NCBI GenBank assembly: GCA_963724765.1
Contig: CAVRVY010000001.1
Location: 1,280,001 to 1,344,000, forward strand
DNA: 64,000 bases
Direction of reading: 5' to 3'
Source of the DNA: an uncultured delta proteobacterium
GTDB taxonomy: Bacteria > Desulfobacterota > Binatia > Binatales > Binataceae
Below are positions 51,900-61,787 of the stretch, one piece after another. Made by a program: the position numbers and the translations under genes. Position 1 is the first letter of the stretch, and the number at the start of each line of letters is the position of its first letter. Under the pieces are notes generated by a model. The model searched no databases. It saw only the letters and a list, made by a program, of their open reading frames with translations, and was not told where the DNA came from.

Positions 51900-53408
51900 C
51901 TAAAGCTTCACGTACACAGACTTTATTTGCGTGAACAGATCGAGTACGTGCTGACTTCCCTCGCGACCGAAGCCCGACTGTTTGTAGCCGCCGAAAGGCA
52001 TCGCGGTATCGACGATGCCATAGCAGTTGACCCAAACCGTCCCTGCCTTGAGCGCTCTGGCGACCTTGTGCGCCCGGCTGATGTCGCGCGTCCAGACTGC
52101 CGCGGCGAGCCCGTAGGTCGTGTCATTGCTCTGGAACACGGCGTCATTTTCGTCCTTGAACGGGATCGTTGCGGCGACCGGGCCGAAGATTTCCTCGCGC
52201 GCGATCCGCATGTCGTTCTTCACATCGGCGAAGACAGTTGGCTTGACGTAGTATCCTTTTCCGTCTTTCGCCTCGCCGCCGATCGTGATCCTCGCACCTT
52301 CCCGTCTGCCTATTTCGAGGTAGCCTTTCACCCGATCGAACTGTTCCTGCGAAACTACCGGTCCCAACCTCGTTTTCGAATCGAGCGGATCTCCGAGCGT
52401 AAGGCTTTCGCTGGCTTTGGTAAGTTCCCCGACAAAATTGTCGTAAATGTCGCGCTGCACAAAGATTCGCGTGCCGGCCGCGCAGACCTGTCCGGAATTG
52501 TAGAACACTCCGTTCATGGCGTTGCGCACCGCCTGACCCATGTCCGCGTCAGGGAAGATGATATTTGGCGACTTGCCTCCGAGTTCGAGCGAGACGCGTT
52601 TCAAATTGCCTGTGGAAGCCCGGAGGATAAGTTTGCCTACCTCGGTCGACCCGGTGAAGCTTACCTTGTCGATGTCAGGATGCTCGGCGATGGAACTTCC
52701 CGCGCCGGGACCGAACCCGGTAACCACGTTGACTACTCCGTCGGGAATTCCCGCTTCTTGGATTAGTTCGCCCAGCCGGAGCGCGGTGAGTGAGGTTTGC
52801 TCGGCGGGTTTCAAAATCATCGTATTGCCGCACGCGAGTGCTGGCGCGATTTTCGTAACCGCCATCAGCAACGGAAAATTCCACGGGATGATCAGGCCAC
52901 ATACGCCGACCGGTTCGCGCAGTGTGTAGTTGAACAAAGACGAGTCTGACGGATTAGTTTCGCCGTAGATCTTGGTCGGCCATCCGGCGAAATAACGAAA
53001 AGTGCCGGCGGCGCCGACGATGTCGATGGCGCGCGCCTGCGAAACTGGTTTGCCATTGTCCAGGCTTTCGAGCTCGGCCAGTTCGTCCGCATACTTGTCG
53101 ATCAGTTCGGCCATCTTGAGCAGATAGCGCGCTCGCTGATGCGGGCTGATACTCCGCCACTTGCCTTCTTCGAATGCTTTGCGAGCCGCCTTTACCGCTT
53201 CGTCAACGTCCGCCTGGTCTCCCTCGGCCACGAGCGCCAGCACTTCTTCGTTGGCGGGATTGATGGTTTCGAACGTCTTGCCCGATTTGGCGGGCACCCA
53301 TTTGCCGCCGATCAACAGCTTGGTCGGCGAGCGTTTCAGGAAATCCAAGACCCCGCTTACCTTGACGCCCTGCGTGGCCCTTTCGACTGACGGAACTGTT
53401 GCTGCCAT
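51900..53408 (-). CDS. Aldehyde dehydrogenase (third of three in transcription order)
   Basis: PWNFP, FTGSTEVG, LELGGKSP, GQVCAAG, EEIFGP; AGGAG RBS before ATG 53408. Confidence 0.93.
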   Translation of the reverse strand: MAATVPSVERATQGVKVSGVLDFLKRSPTKLLIGGKWVPAKSGKTFETINPANEEVLALVAEGDQADVDEAVKAARKAFEEGKWRSISPHQRARYLLKMAELIDKYADELAELESLDNGKPVSQARAIDIVGAAGTFRYFAGWPTKIYGETNPSDSSLFNYTLREPVGVCGLIIPWNFPLLMAVTKIAPALACGNTMILKPAEQTSLTALRLGELIQEAGIPDGVVNVVTGFGPGAGSSIAEHPDIDKVSFTGSTEVGKLILRASTGNLKRVSLELGGKSPNIIFPDADMGQAVRNAMNGVFYNSGQVCAAGTRIFVQRDIYDNFVGELTKASESLTLGDPLDSKTRLGPVVSQEQFDRVKGYLEIGRREGARITIGGEAKDGKGYYVKPTVFADVKNDMRIAREEIFGPVAATIPFKDENDAVFQSNDTTYGLAAAVWTRDISRAHKVARALKAGTVWVNCYGIVDTAMPFGGYKQSGFGREGSQHVLDLFTQIKSVYVKL

Positions 53409-53449
53409 TTTTCGGAATCTCCTGGAAATCGAGTTCGAATGAGTATCGT

Positions 53450-53500
53450 TGCGAGCGGAGGCGGCCGTGTCCTCAATCGGAACAGCCGCCTCCGCCCGCA
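53450..53500 (-). other. Strong intergenic hairpin between ALDH genes
   Basis: 16-bp stem TGCGGGCGGAGGCGGC / GCCGCCTCCGCTCGCA on the minus strand with one G-U. Confidence 0.7.
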
Positions 53501-53504
53501 CAAG

Positions 53505-55008
53505 CAAGAGCTTCACGTAAACCGATTTTATCTGCGTATAGAGATCGATCGCATATTTTCCTAACTCACGCCCGATGCCGGACTGCTTGTAGCCGCCAAA
53601 GGGCGAGATTGGATCGATGTTGTTGTAGTAATTGACCCAGACTGTGCCCGCCTTCAAGGCACGCGCAACCTTGTGTGCGCGACCCACGTCGTTGGTCCAT
53701 ACTGCGGCCGCAAGCCCGTACGTAGTGTCATTGCCCTGCAGGATGGGCGTCGTTCTCATCTTTGAAGGGGATGACGGAGGCTACGGGGCCGAAGATCTCC
53801 TCGCGCGCGATTCTCATGTCGTTGTTGACCCCGGTAAAAATGGTCGGGTCGACGAAGAACCCTTTGCCCTTGCCGACCTCGCCGCCGATCGAAGGCTTCG
53901 CGCCTTCCTTCCTGCCAAGCTCGAGATACCCCTTGACCCGATCGAACTGCTCCTTGGAGACGAGTGGCCCAACCGTGGTTTTCGGGTCGAGTGGATCGCC
54001 AGCTTTGACATTGGAAGTGTAGCGGGTCAGTGCATCGACAAAGCGATCCTGGAAATCGCGCTGAACGAAAACGCGCGTTCCCGCACAGCATACCTGCCCG
54101 GACAACATGCAAAATCCGAACATCGAGGTAGCCACGGCAGATTCGAGGTCGGCGTCGGCGAAAACCACGTTGGGCGACTTGCCGCCGAGTTCCAATGAGA
54201 CGCGCTTCAGGTTTCCCGCCGAGGCCTGCAAGATCAACTTGCCGACTTCAGTTGAGCCGGTGAATGCTACCTTGTCGATGTCAGGATGGTTGGCGATCGC
54301 GGCGCCGGCCGTCTCGCCGAATCCGGTGATAATATTGACTACGCCATCTGGAATGCCAGCCTCAAGCACCAGCTCTCCGAGCCGAAGCGCGGTGAGCGGC
54401 GTCTGCTCGGCGGGTTTCAGGATCGAGACGTTGCCGCAAGCGAGCGCCGGTGCGATCTTCCAGGCGAACATGGCGATGGGACCGTTCCATGGAATGATCT
54501 GGCCGCAGACGCCCACCGCTTCGCGCAGCGTGTAGTTGAACATCGAGGGGTCGGAAGGGTTGGTCTCACCATAGATCTTGGTCGCCCATCCGGCGTAGTA
54601 GCGAAACACGTCGACTGCGCCGGCAACCATGCCGCGAGCCAACGAGATTGCCATTCCATTGTTGAGCGTCTCCAGGGTCGCCAATTCGTCGGCGTTCTGC
54701 TGAATCAGGTCTGCGATCTTGAGCAGATAGCGGGCCCGTTGATGCGGACCAATTGTGGGCCATTTGCTTTCCTCGAAAGCCTTGCGCGCGGCTTTTACCG
54801 CTTCGTCCACGTCAGCCTTGTCGCCCTCGGCCGCGAGCGCCAGGACTTCCTCGTTAGCCGGATTGATTGTTTCGAAGGTTTTTCCCGACTTGGCCGATAC
54901 CCACTTGCCGCCGATGAGTAATTGTTTTGGCTTCCTGAGAAACCCGAGCACCGCAGTCGAGCTAACACCATGAGCCGCCTTTTCGATTGATGGAACTGCC
55001 GCTGCCAT
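53505..55008 (-). pseudogene. Aldehyde dehydrogenase (second of three) with +1 frameshift and missing stop codon
   Basis: Extra base in GGG 53745-53747 breaks DENDA-ILQG; TTG at 53505-53507 where the paralogues have TAA/TAG. Confidence 0.8.
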
Positions 55009-55073
55009 TTTGTTTCCTCCAATTCGAGCGATCGCCCCGTCCGGGTCGGCATAGGCCGACGAACCTGCAACGC

Positions 55074-56579
55074 TTAGAGCTTCACGTAAACCGTCTTGAT
55101 CTGCGTATACAGATCGATTGAATGCCTACCCAGTTCGCGGCCGAAACCTGACTGCCTGTAGCCCCCGAACGGTGAGATCGGATCGATGATTCCGTAACAA
55201 TTCACCCATACCGATCCTGCCTTGAGTGCGCGCGCGACCTTGTGCGCACGGCCTATATTCTGCGTCCATACTCCAGCGCCCAGCCCGTAGGTGGTGTCGT
55301 TGCCCTGCAGCACGGCGTCGTTTTCGTCCTTGAACGGAATCAGCACCGCGACCGGTCCGAAGATCTCCTCGCGAGCTATCCTCATTTCGTTTTTGACGTC
55401 AGTGTAAATCGTTGGCTTTACGAAATAGCCTTTCGCCTGGGGGCCGCGTTCGCCGCCGGCTTTCGCCCGCGCGCCTTCGTCTTGCGCAAGCTTGAGATAA
55501 TCCAGCACGCGCTCATGTTGCTCGCTCGAAACCAGCGGCCCCATCGTGGTCGCCGGGTTGAGCGGCTGACCCAGATTGATCTCGTTTGCTTTGACGGAGA
55601 TCCGCTCGGCGAACTCGTCGTAGATTCGCTCCTGCACGAACATCCGCGTTGCCGCACAACAGATCTGCCCCTGATTGCGAAAGACACCAACCGCCGAAAG
55701 CGCCACCGCCTGCTCCATCGGCGCATCCGGGAAGATAACGTTGGGCGACTTGCCTCCTAGTTCCAGCGAGACGCGCTTTAGATTGCCGGCGGAGGCTTGA
55801 AGGATGAGCTTCCCTACTTCGGTCGAACCGGTGAAAGCGACCTTGTCGATATCCGGATGCGCCGCTATCGCGCCTCCGGCAGTGGGGCCGAAACCGGTCA
55901 CTATATTGACCACTCCATCCGGGACGCCCGCGTCGCAGATAAATTCCCCCAGTCGAACGGCGGGAAGCGGAGTCTGCTCGGCAGCTTTCAGAACCAAGGT
56001 GTTGCCAAAAGCCAAGGCAGGCGCGATTTTCCAACTGATAGTGGCGAGCGGGCCGTTCCAGGGAATAATTTGTCCGCAGACACCGATCGGCTCACGCAGA
56101 GTGTAGTTGAAAGTGCCGGGATCCGAGGGATTGGTCTCGCCGTAGAATTTTGTCGCCCATCCGGCGTAATAGCGGAATGTATCGGCGGTGCGGCCAACTT
56201 CTATGATCGACTCGGAGATTGGCTTGCCGTTGTCGAGCGTTATCAACTCGGCTAGCTCTTCCGCGTGGCCTTCAATCAGATCCGCGATCGTGAACAGGTA
56301 GCGCGCGCGCTGATGCGGCCCCATCGAGCGCCATTTGCCGGTTTCGAAGGCCTTGCGCGCGGCCCTTACGGCTTCATCCACATCGGCCTTGTCGCCTTCC
56401 GCGGCCAGAGCAAGGACTTCTTCGTTTGCCGGATTGATGGTTTCAAAAGTCTTGCCCGACTTGGCTGCAATCCACTTACCGCCGATCAGGAGCTTCTTGG
56501 GCGAATCCTGCAAAAATTCCCGTACTGCGGAATTCGCCCCTGCCGCGGCGCGCTCGATAGATGGAACTGCTGCTGCCAC
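55074..56579 (-). CDS. Aldehyde dehydrogenase (first of three)
   Basis: PWNGP, LELGGKSP, GQICCA, PFGGYRQSG; GTG start. Confidence 0.93.
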   Translation of the reverse strand: MAAAVPSIERAAAGANSAVREFLQDSPKKLLIGGKWIAAKSGKTFETINPANEEVLALAAEGDKADVDEAVRAARKAFETGKWRSMGPHQRARYLFTIADLIEGHAEELAELITLDNGKPISESIIEVGRTADTFRYYAGWATKFYGETNPSDPGTFNYTLREPIGVCGQIIPWNGPLATISWKIAPALAFGNTLVLKAAEQTPLPAVRLGEFICDAGVPDGVVNIVTGFGPTAGGAIAAHPDIDKVAFTGSTEVGKLILQASAGNLKRVSLELGGKSPNVIFPDAPMEQAVALSAVGVFRNQGQICCAATRMFVQERIYDEFAERISVKANEINLGQPLNPATTMGPLVSSEQHERVLDYLKLAQDEGARAKAGGERGPQAKGYFVKPTIYTDVKNEMRIAREEIFGPVAVLIPFKDENDAVLQGNDTTYGLGAGVWTQNIGRAHKVARALKAGSVWVNCYGIIDPISPFGGYRQSGFGRELGRHSIDLYTQIKTVYVKL

Positions 56580-56765
56580 TGGTCCAACTTCCCCTCTTCA
56601 GGATTTTGCGACTAAGATTCTATTGCGGCCTGTCGCCATCGTAAGAGCGAAACGCTCGTATCATGGCACAGGCGGAGGAGGCTCGTAAAGCGAACAAATC
56701 TTTTCAGGCAAGCGAGGATGCGTTCCGAAGATTGAGGAGACGTTAAGACTGAATTCTGGCGAGCT

Positions 56766-59021
56766 TTATTCGTAGCGCAGAGCGTCGATCGGATTGAGCA
56801 GCGAAGCCTGGCGTGCCGGATAGTAACCGAAGAAGACGCCGACCGCGGCCGAGAACAGGAATCCACCGATGATCGCAGTGGGCGAGAGCAGCGTCGGCCA
56901 TCCGGCGATGGACGAGATCGCCTGCGACGCGCCGATGCCGGCCAGTATTCCGCCGGCGCCCCCGACCATTCCGAGCAGGATTGCCTCGACCAAAAACTGC
57001 AGCAGGATATGCACGCGCCGCGCGCCAATCGCCATCCGGATGCCGATCTCGCGGGTGCGCTCGGTGACCGAGACCAGCAGGATGTTCATGATGCCGATGC
57101 CGCCGACCAGCAGCGAGATCGATGCCACGGTGGCGAGCAGTAGCGCCATGATGCGGCTGCTGCCCTCGGCCGCCTGCGCCACCTCGCTCAGGTTGCGCAC
57201 GTCGAAGTCGTTATCCTGGCCGGGCTGGATGTGATGGCGATTGTGCAACGTGTCGATTATCTGATCCATCGCCTGCGGGATGAGCGCCTGGCTCTTCGCC
57301 TGGACGAAGATATTGTGCACCACGCCCGTCAGTTTGGGCGGGCTGCCGAACGGACTGGTCTGGGTCGAGTCCGAGCTGAAGATCGTCCCTACGGTCGGTA
57401 CCGCCGCGTAAGGATTCGAGGGGCTCGGCGTCGGCGCGGTCGCGGGGCTGGTCGAGGGCGGCGCGGCGACACCCAGGACCTTGCGCTCGGCGGTGCTGAA
57501 CGGAATCAGCACCACGTCGTCCTGGTCCTGGCCCCATCCTGACTGGCCCTTGGCTTCGAGCACGCCGACCACCTGCATGTCCACGCTTTTGACCCTGATA
57601 TTGGCGCCGATCGGGTCGGCATGCTCGCCGAACAGGTTGGCGACCACGGTCTGCCCGAGCAGACACACGCGGGCGGCGGAACGCTCGTCCTCCTCGGAGA
57701 GCGGGCGTCCTTCGGCCACCATCCAGTTGCGGATCGGCAGATAGCTCGGCGTCACGCCCTGGATATTGGTGCTCCAGTTCTGCCGGTTGTATTCGACCTG
57801 GGCGAGTTGGCGATCGAGATAGCTTACTCGGGCGACTGGCCAATCGTCCTTGAGGATCTCGTCGGCGTCGCCCACGGTCAGTGTCGAGACGCTGCCGAAC
57901 CCGGCGCGCACGCCGTTGGCCGTGGTTGCGCCGGGCATCACGACCAGCAGATTGGTGCCGAGGCTTGCGATCTGCTCTTCGACGGCCTCGTTGGCGCCTT
58001 GCCCGACCGCGACCATCGCGATCAGCGCGGCGACGCCGATGAAAATTCCGAGCATCGTCAGGATCGAGCGCAGCTTGTTGCGGGCGAGCGCGCGGGCCGC
58101 CGCGCGCAGCGCCATCATGGCGAAAGTCAGGGGCGCGGCGTCGGATTCCGAGAACTCGTGCAACTTCTGCAAATGCTGCAAACCCTGCGAATCCTGCGAG
58201 TCCTGCGAGTCCTGACGGACCTGCGGGCCCTCAGCCGCCGCGAACTCGGAGGCTTCCGCGGGCTGCGCGGCCTGGCCGGCGAGTGCCACGGATGCGGACG
58301 CCGGCGAATCGACCGCACCCGCGATCGCCTGTCGTGCCGTCTGCCGTTTGTCCGAAATGATCAGGCCGTCGCGCAGCATGACGACCCGAGCGGCGAAGGC
58401 GGCAAGCTCGGCGTCGTGGGTCACGAGCACGATCGTCAAGCCCTGGCGGTTGAGCTTCTGCAGCGTGGCCATGATTTCGAGCGAGGTCTTCGAGTCGAGG
58501 TTCCCGGTCGGCTCGTCGGCCATCAGGATCGCCGGGTTGTTGATTAGTGCGCGCGCGATCGCGACCCGCTGCTGCTGGCCGCCGGAGAGCTGATTGGGAT
58601 GGCTGCGCTCGCGGCCCGCTAGTCCCATCAGCGCCAGAACCTCGTAGGCGCGTACCGCGCCCTTGGCCAAGTCGCCCGAGTAAAAGAGCGGCAGCTCCAC
58701 GTTCTCGAGCGCGCTGGTGCGCGAGAGCAGATTGAAGCTTTGGAAAACGAAGCCGATCCGCCGGCTGCGGATTCGCGCCAGATCGGGTTCGCTGAGCGAG
58801 GCGACGTCGACGCCTTCGAGCAGGTAGCGGCCGGCGGTCGGCCGGTCCAGGCATCCGACGATGTTCATCAGAGTGGACTTGCCCGAGCCCGAGGCGCCCA
58901 TGATCGCGACGAATTCGCCGCGCTCGATGGTCAGGCTGATGCCGCGCAGCGCCCGCACCTCGAGGTCGCCAAGCTGATAGGTCTTGTGGAGATCGGAAAC
59001 GCTGATGACGGCGTCTGCCAT
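56766..59021 (-). CDS. macB: MacB-like ABC transporter, ATPase-permease fusion
   Basis: GASGSGKS, LSGGQQQR, DEPTGNLD, GGIGIMNI, ERTREIGIR, PIDALRYE. Confidence 0.9.
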   Translation of the reverse strand: MADAVISVSDLHKTYQLGDLEVRALRGISLTIERGEFVAIMGASGSGKSTLMNIVGCLDRPTAGRYLLEGVDVASLSEPDLARIRSRRIGFVFQSFNLLSRTSALENVELPLFYSGDLAKGAVRAYEVLALMGLAGRERSHPNQLSGGQQQRVAIARALINNPAILMADEPTGNLDSKTSLEIMATLQKLNRQGLTIVLVTHDAELAAFAARVVMLRDGLIISDKRQTARQAIAGAVDSPASASVALAGQAAQPAEASEFAAAEGPQVRQDSQDSQDSQGLQHLQKLHEFSESDAAPLTFAMMALRAAARALARNKLRSILTMLGIFIGVAALIAMVAVGQGANEAVEEQIASLGTNLLVVMPGATTANGVRAGFGSVSTLTVGDADEILKDDWPVARVSYLDRQLAQVEYNRQNWSTNIQGVTPSYLPIRNWMVAEGRPLSEEDERSAARVCLLGQTVVANLFGEHADPIGANIRVKSVDMQVVGVLEAKGQSGWGQDQDDVVLIPFSTAERKVLGVAAPPSTSPATAPTPSPSNPYAAVPTVGTIFSSDSTQTSPFGSPPKLTGVVHNIFVQAKSQALIPQAMDQIIDTLHNRHHIQPGQDNDFDVRNLSEVAQAAEGSSRIMALLLATVASISLLVGGIGIMNILLVSVTERTREIGIRMAIGARRVHILLQFLVEAILLGMVGGAGGILAGIGASQAISSIAGWPTLLSPTAIIGGFLFSAAVGVFFGYYPARQASLLNPIDALRYE

Positions 59022-59102
59022 GAGTGTCGCGCGCTCGGCCAATAGTTGGTTCAATCGCTCGGTCGGAACATCCGCGCCGGATTCGGCGAGTCAGAACGCA
59101 AA

Positions 59103-60298
59103 TCAAAAATGATGCATTCCGCCCATCTTCGGCTGCGCCAGATGCGGCCTGCCGGTAGCCGACCCGGTACTCTCGTCGAGCACTACCTGGTCGCCCGGCT
59201 TCAGAGCGCCGCTCAGTATCTCGACCGAGGTACCGTCGTCGACGCCTCTGGCCACCTGAATCTGGCGGAGTGTCTTGTCCTTGAGCACCCAGAGGCTGGC
59301 GGTATGGTCGCCGTGCCGATGGGCCGGGTTGTCACCTTTCCGCCGCCGCCGGGCGTAAAGCGCAGTGCCTGCAGCGGCACTTTCAGCACGTCTTCCTGCT
59401 CGGCGGTGATGATCCGGGCATTGGCGGTCATCCCGGGCTTGAGCAGCAATTCGGGGTTGGACACGTTCAGCACAACGTCGTAGGTGACGACGTTCTGCAC
59501 GGTGATCGGCGCCTGCCGCACCTGGCTCACGTTGCCGAGGAACGTATGGTGCGGAAACGCGTCGACCGTGAACTCCGCCCGCTGGCCGATACGAACCGGG
59601 CCGACGTCCGATTCGCTGACGCTGGCGTCGACCTGCATCCTGGTCAGGTCCTGCGCGATCAGGAACAGGGTGGGAGTCTGAAAGCTGGCAGCCACGGTCT
59701 GGCCGACGTCGACGTTGCGCAAGACCACGGTGCCGTCAACCGGCGAAATGATATCAGTATACCCGAGGTTAACCTCGGCCGCGTGGAGTGCCGCTTCCTG
59801 TTGCTGGATGTTGGCCCGGTCGAGCTCGATTTGCGCCACCGCCTGGTCGGCGGTGCTGCGGGCGCTGTCGACAGTGTCCTGCGACACGACGTTTTCCGCC
59901 AACAGCGATTGGTTGCGCGTGTACTCCAGCCGGTCGTAGATGAGACTCGCCTGGTCCTTTTTCAACTGCGCCCGGCCGTTGGCAAGATTAGCGCGCGCCT
60001 GTTCGACCGTGATCTGATAGGGGCGGGGATCGATTTTGGCGCAGATCTGGCCCTTTTTGACCTCGGTGTTGAAGTCACAATAGAGCTTCACGATCGGTCC
60101 GGAGACGTAGGTGCCCACCTGCACGGTCACGACGGGATTGACCGTGCCGGTCGCGGTGACGGCGCGGATGAGAGAGCCGCGCTCGGCCGCAACCGTTACG
60201 TAATGGGCCGGGACCGAAGCATGCTCGTGCCATAGCAGGACCATAGCGACGGCGAAAATCGCCAGCAGCCAACCCCAACGCCAAGCAAACCTGCTCAA
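59103..60298 (-). CDS. macA: MacA-like periplasmic adaptor, frameshifted near 59337-59341
   Basis: VGTYVSG, SPVDG, GQTVAASFQTP, PGMTA; C-terminus (LWVLKDK...GALKPGDQV) is in another frame. Confidence 0.8.
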
Positions 60299-60327
60299 GG
60301 TAACTCCCCCGCTTGTGGTCCTTCCAC

Positions 60328-60396
60328 AGTCAGCTTACGCCCCAGAGTCAGCTTACGCCCCAGAGTCAGCTTAGGCCTAGGATCAGCTTACGCCCC
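60328..60396. repeat. Four tandem 17-18 bp repeats, core TCAGCTTA(C/G)GCC
   Basis: AGTCAGCTTACGCCCCAG twice exactly, plus two degenerate copies. Confidence 0.9.
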
Positions 60397-60412
60397 GCGC
60401 TATGACAACGCA

Positions 60413-60452
60413 CCGCGTTGATAGCCTGTTCCGGGCTCAGGCATCAACGCGG
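60413..60452. terminator. Hairpin downstream of the 60493-60987 gene
   Basis: CCGCGTTGAT-A-GCCTG ... CAGGC-ATCAACGCGG; no clear U-tract. Confidence 0.45.
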
Positions 60453-60492
60453 CGCGAGGCGACCCTAGCTGGTAATACTCGAATCTCGCGTA

Positions 60493-60987
60493 CTATTCCC
60501 CAGGCGTAGGAGGCGTGCCGGAAGTATCGCCAGACTGGGATCCGAAAGCCGCCTGAAATATCGCGTGCCGCTGCTGCTGCAATTGCTCCAGTTGGCTCAG
60601 CAACGCGGTGGACTTGCTGGTATTGGGAGCGCCCTTAAACAGCCCTTCCCATACCTTGTACTTCTCCATCGTGAGGGCCTGCTGCGCGCTGGCAAAGCTT
60701 GAAATCTGACTGTCGCAGGTGCCGCCGGAAGCCAGGCAGGCGATCAGGGCCTGATGGGTGCTTTTGACGTTGGCGAAGTCGGTCTTCAGGGCCGCATCGC
60801 CTTTGAACGCCGTATGCATCTGAGAATGGTCAACGCCGGCCACTTTCGCGAGCATAAAGAGATGACCGTCGCCACCCGGCCCGCCGCCGTGCCCGCCCCA
60901 TCCCTGCGCCAATGCCAGTCCGCATGTAGCCGCCAGGACCACGCCGATTGTTGCCGCCACCCGTGAAGCTTTCCGCTTTCCAATCAT
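60493..60987 (-). CDS. Exported helical protein, Spy/CpxP-like architecture
   Basis: Signal peptide ALA|Q, Gly/His-rich segment, helical body; GAGGT RBS; upstream of the efflux genes. Confidence 0.65.
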   Translation of the reverse strand: MIGKRKASRVAATIGVVLAATCGLALAQGWGGHGGGPGGDGHLFMLAKVAGVDHSQMHTAFKGDAALKTDFANVKSTHQALIACLASGGTCDSQISSFASAQQALTMEKYKVWEGLFKGAPNTSKSTALLSQLEQLQQQRHAIFQAAFGSQSGDTSGTPPTPGE

Positions 60988-61112
60988 ATACTTCTACCTC
61001 GCTGTTTTGCCCGTCATTTGGGCTCGGCTCTATAGACGAATCCGCGCGCCCAAGGTTACAACTCCGCGGCACCAAAACGTGACAGAGCGTGCCTTCCCCG
61101 CGTCTGGGAGGG

Positions 61113-61787
61113 TCAGAGCTTCCTGACCGCCGGTCTGCGCTCTCCCGACCATCGATACTCGTAAAACCCACCCTGACGGACCCGAGTGACGAGCCGCGGC
61201 CTGAAGCAGGCGAGACAGGTTCCGCCCCGGTCGCGAACGCAGGGGTAAATAATTCCGTTGGAGCTATGGTCAAGCAGCCTGCGGCCTAGCCGTTGTGAGG
61301 CCGCATAACTGTCGGGATTCAAGTACTTCGAGAAGCGCCGGGCGCGAAGGTCATGAAAGGCTGCATTGAAGTCCGCAAGATAGGCCGCCATCTGGACGAA
61401 CGTATCGAACCATCCGCCGATCTCCTCCAGCTCTCGCGTGCGGTGGTAAATAGCCTCCTCGTGTGCGGTCTTGAGCGCGAATCCCGCATACCAGGCGCCG
61501 CGATTGGGATCATTGAAACGGCCGCCATCGGGGCGGGGATGGCAAAACGCCGCCATGACCACCGTGGCCATCGGCCGTCCGGTGAGCCATTCGTCCCTTG
61601 GGATGGTATACAGAACACCCAACTCGGCGCTGATCCGGTCGTTGGTCCATCCCTCGAGCTCGAAAATCGCTTCGAGGTCCTCCGATGAAGCGACGGCGTC
61701 GAAGATTCCGATCGAAGGATAGCGGCTGGGGATCAGTCGGTAGGTTGCGCGTCTGGCGAGATGGACCAGCGGTGGCTTCAGTTCCAC
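61113..61787 (-). CDS. RES domain toxin (MbcT/ParT-like)
   Basis: YRLIPSRYP, GGRFN...GAWYA, EAIYH, Y.ASQ.LG, GIIYPCVR; GTG overlaps the antitoxin stop. Confidence 0.88.
   Translation of the reverse strand: MELKPPLVHLARRATYRLIPSRYPSIGIFDAVASSEDLEAIFELEGWTNDRISAELGVLYTIPRDEWLTGRPMATVVMAAFCHPRPDGGRFNDPNRGAWYAGFALKTAHEEAIYHRTRELEEIGGWFDTFVQMAAYLADFNAAFHDLRARRFSKYLNPDSYAASQRLGRRLLDHSSNGIIYPCVRDRGGTCLACFRPRLVTRVRQGGFYEYRWSGERRPAVRKL

Noticed and set aside
51900-53759. 619-aa ORF as a natural N-terminally extended ALDH
   Set aside because: Its first part is the frameshifted tail of the upstream ALDH plus intergenic DNA; the real start with RBS is 53408
50777-56765. Prophage or integrative element around the AcrVA2-like gene
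   Set aside because: No integrase, tRNA, att-like repeats or phage genes are visible
60328-60396. Possible mini CRISPR array
   Set aside because: Repeats abut without unique spacers, are too short, and no cas genes are present
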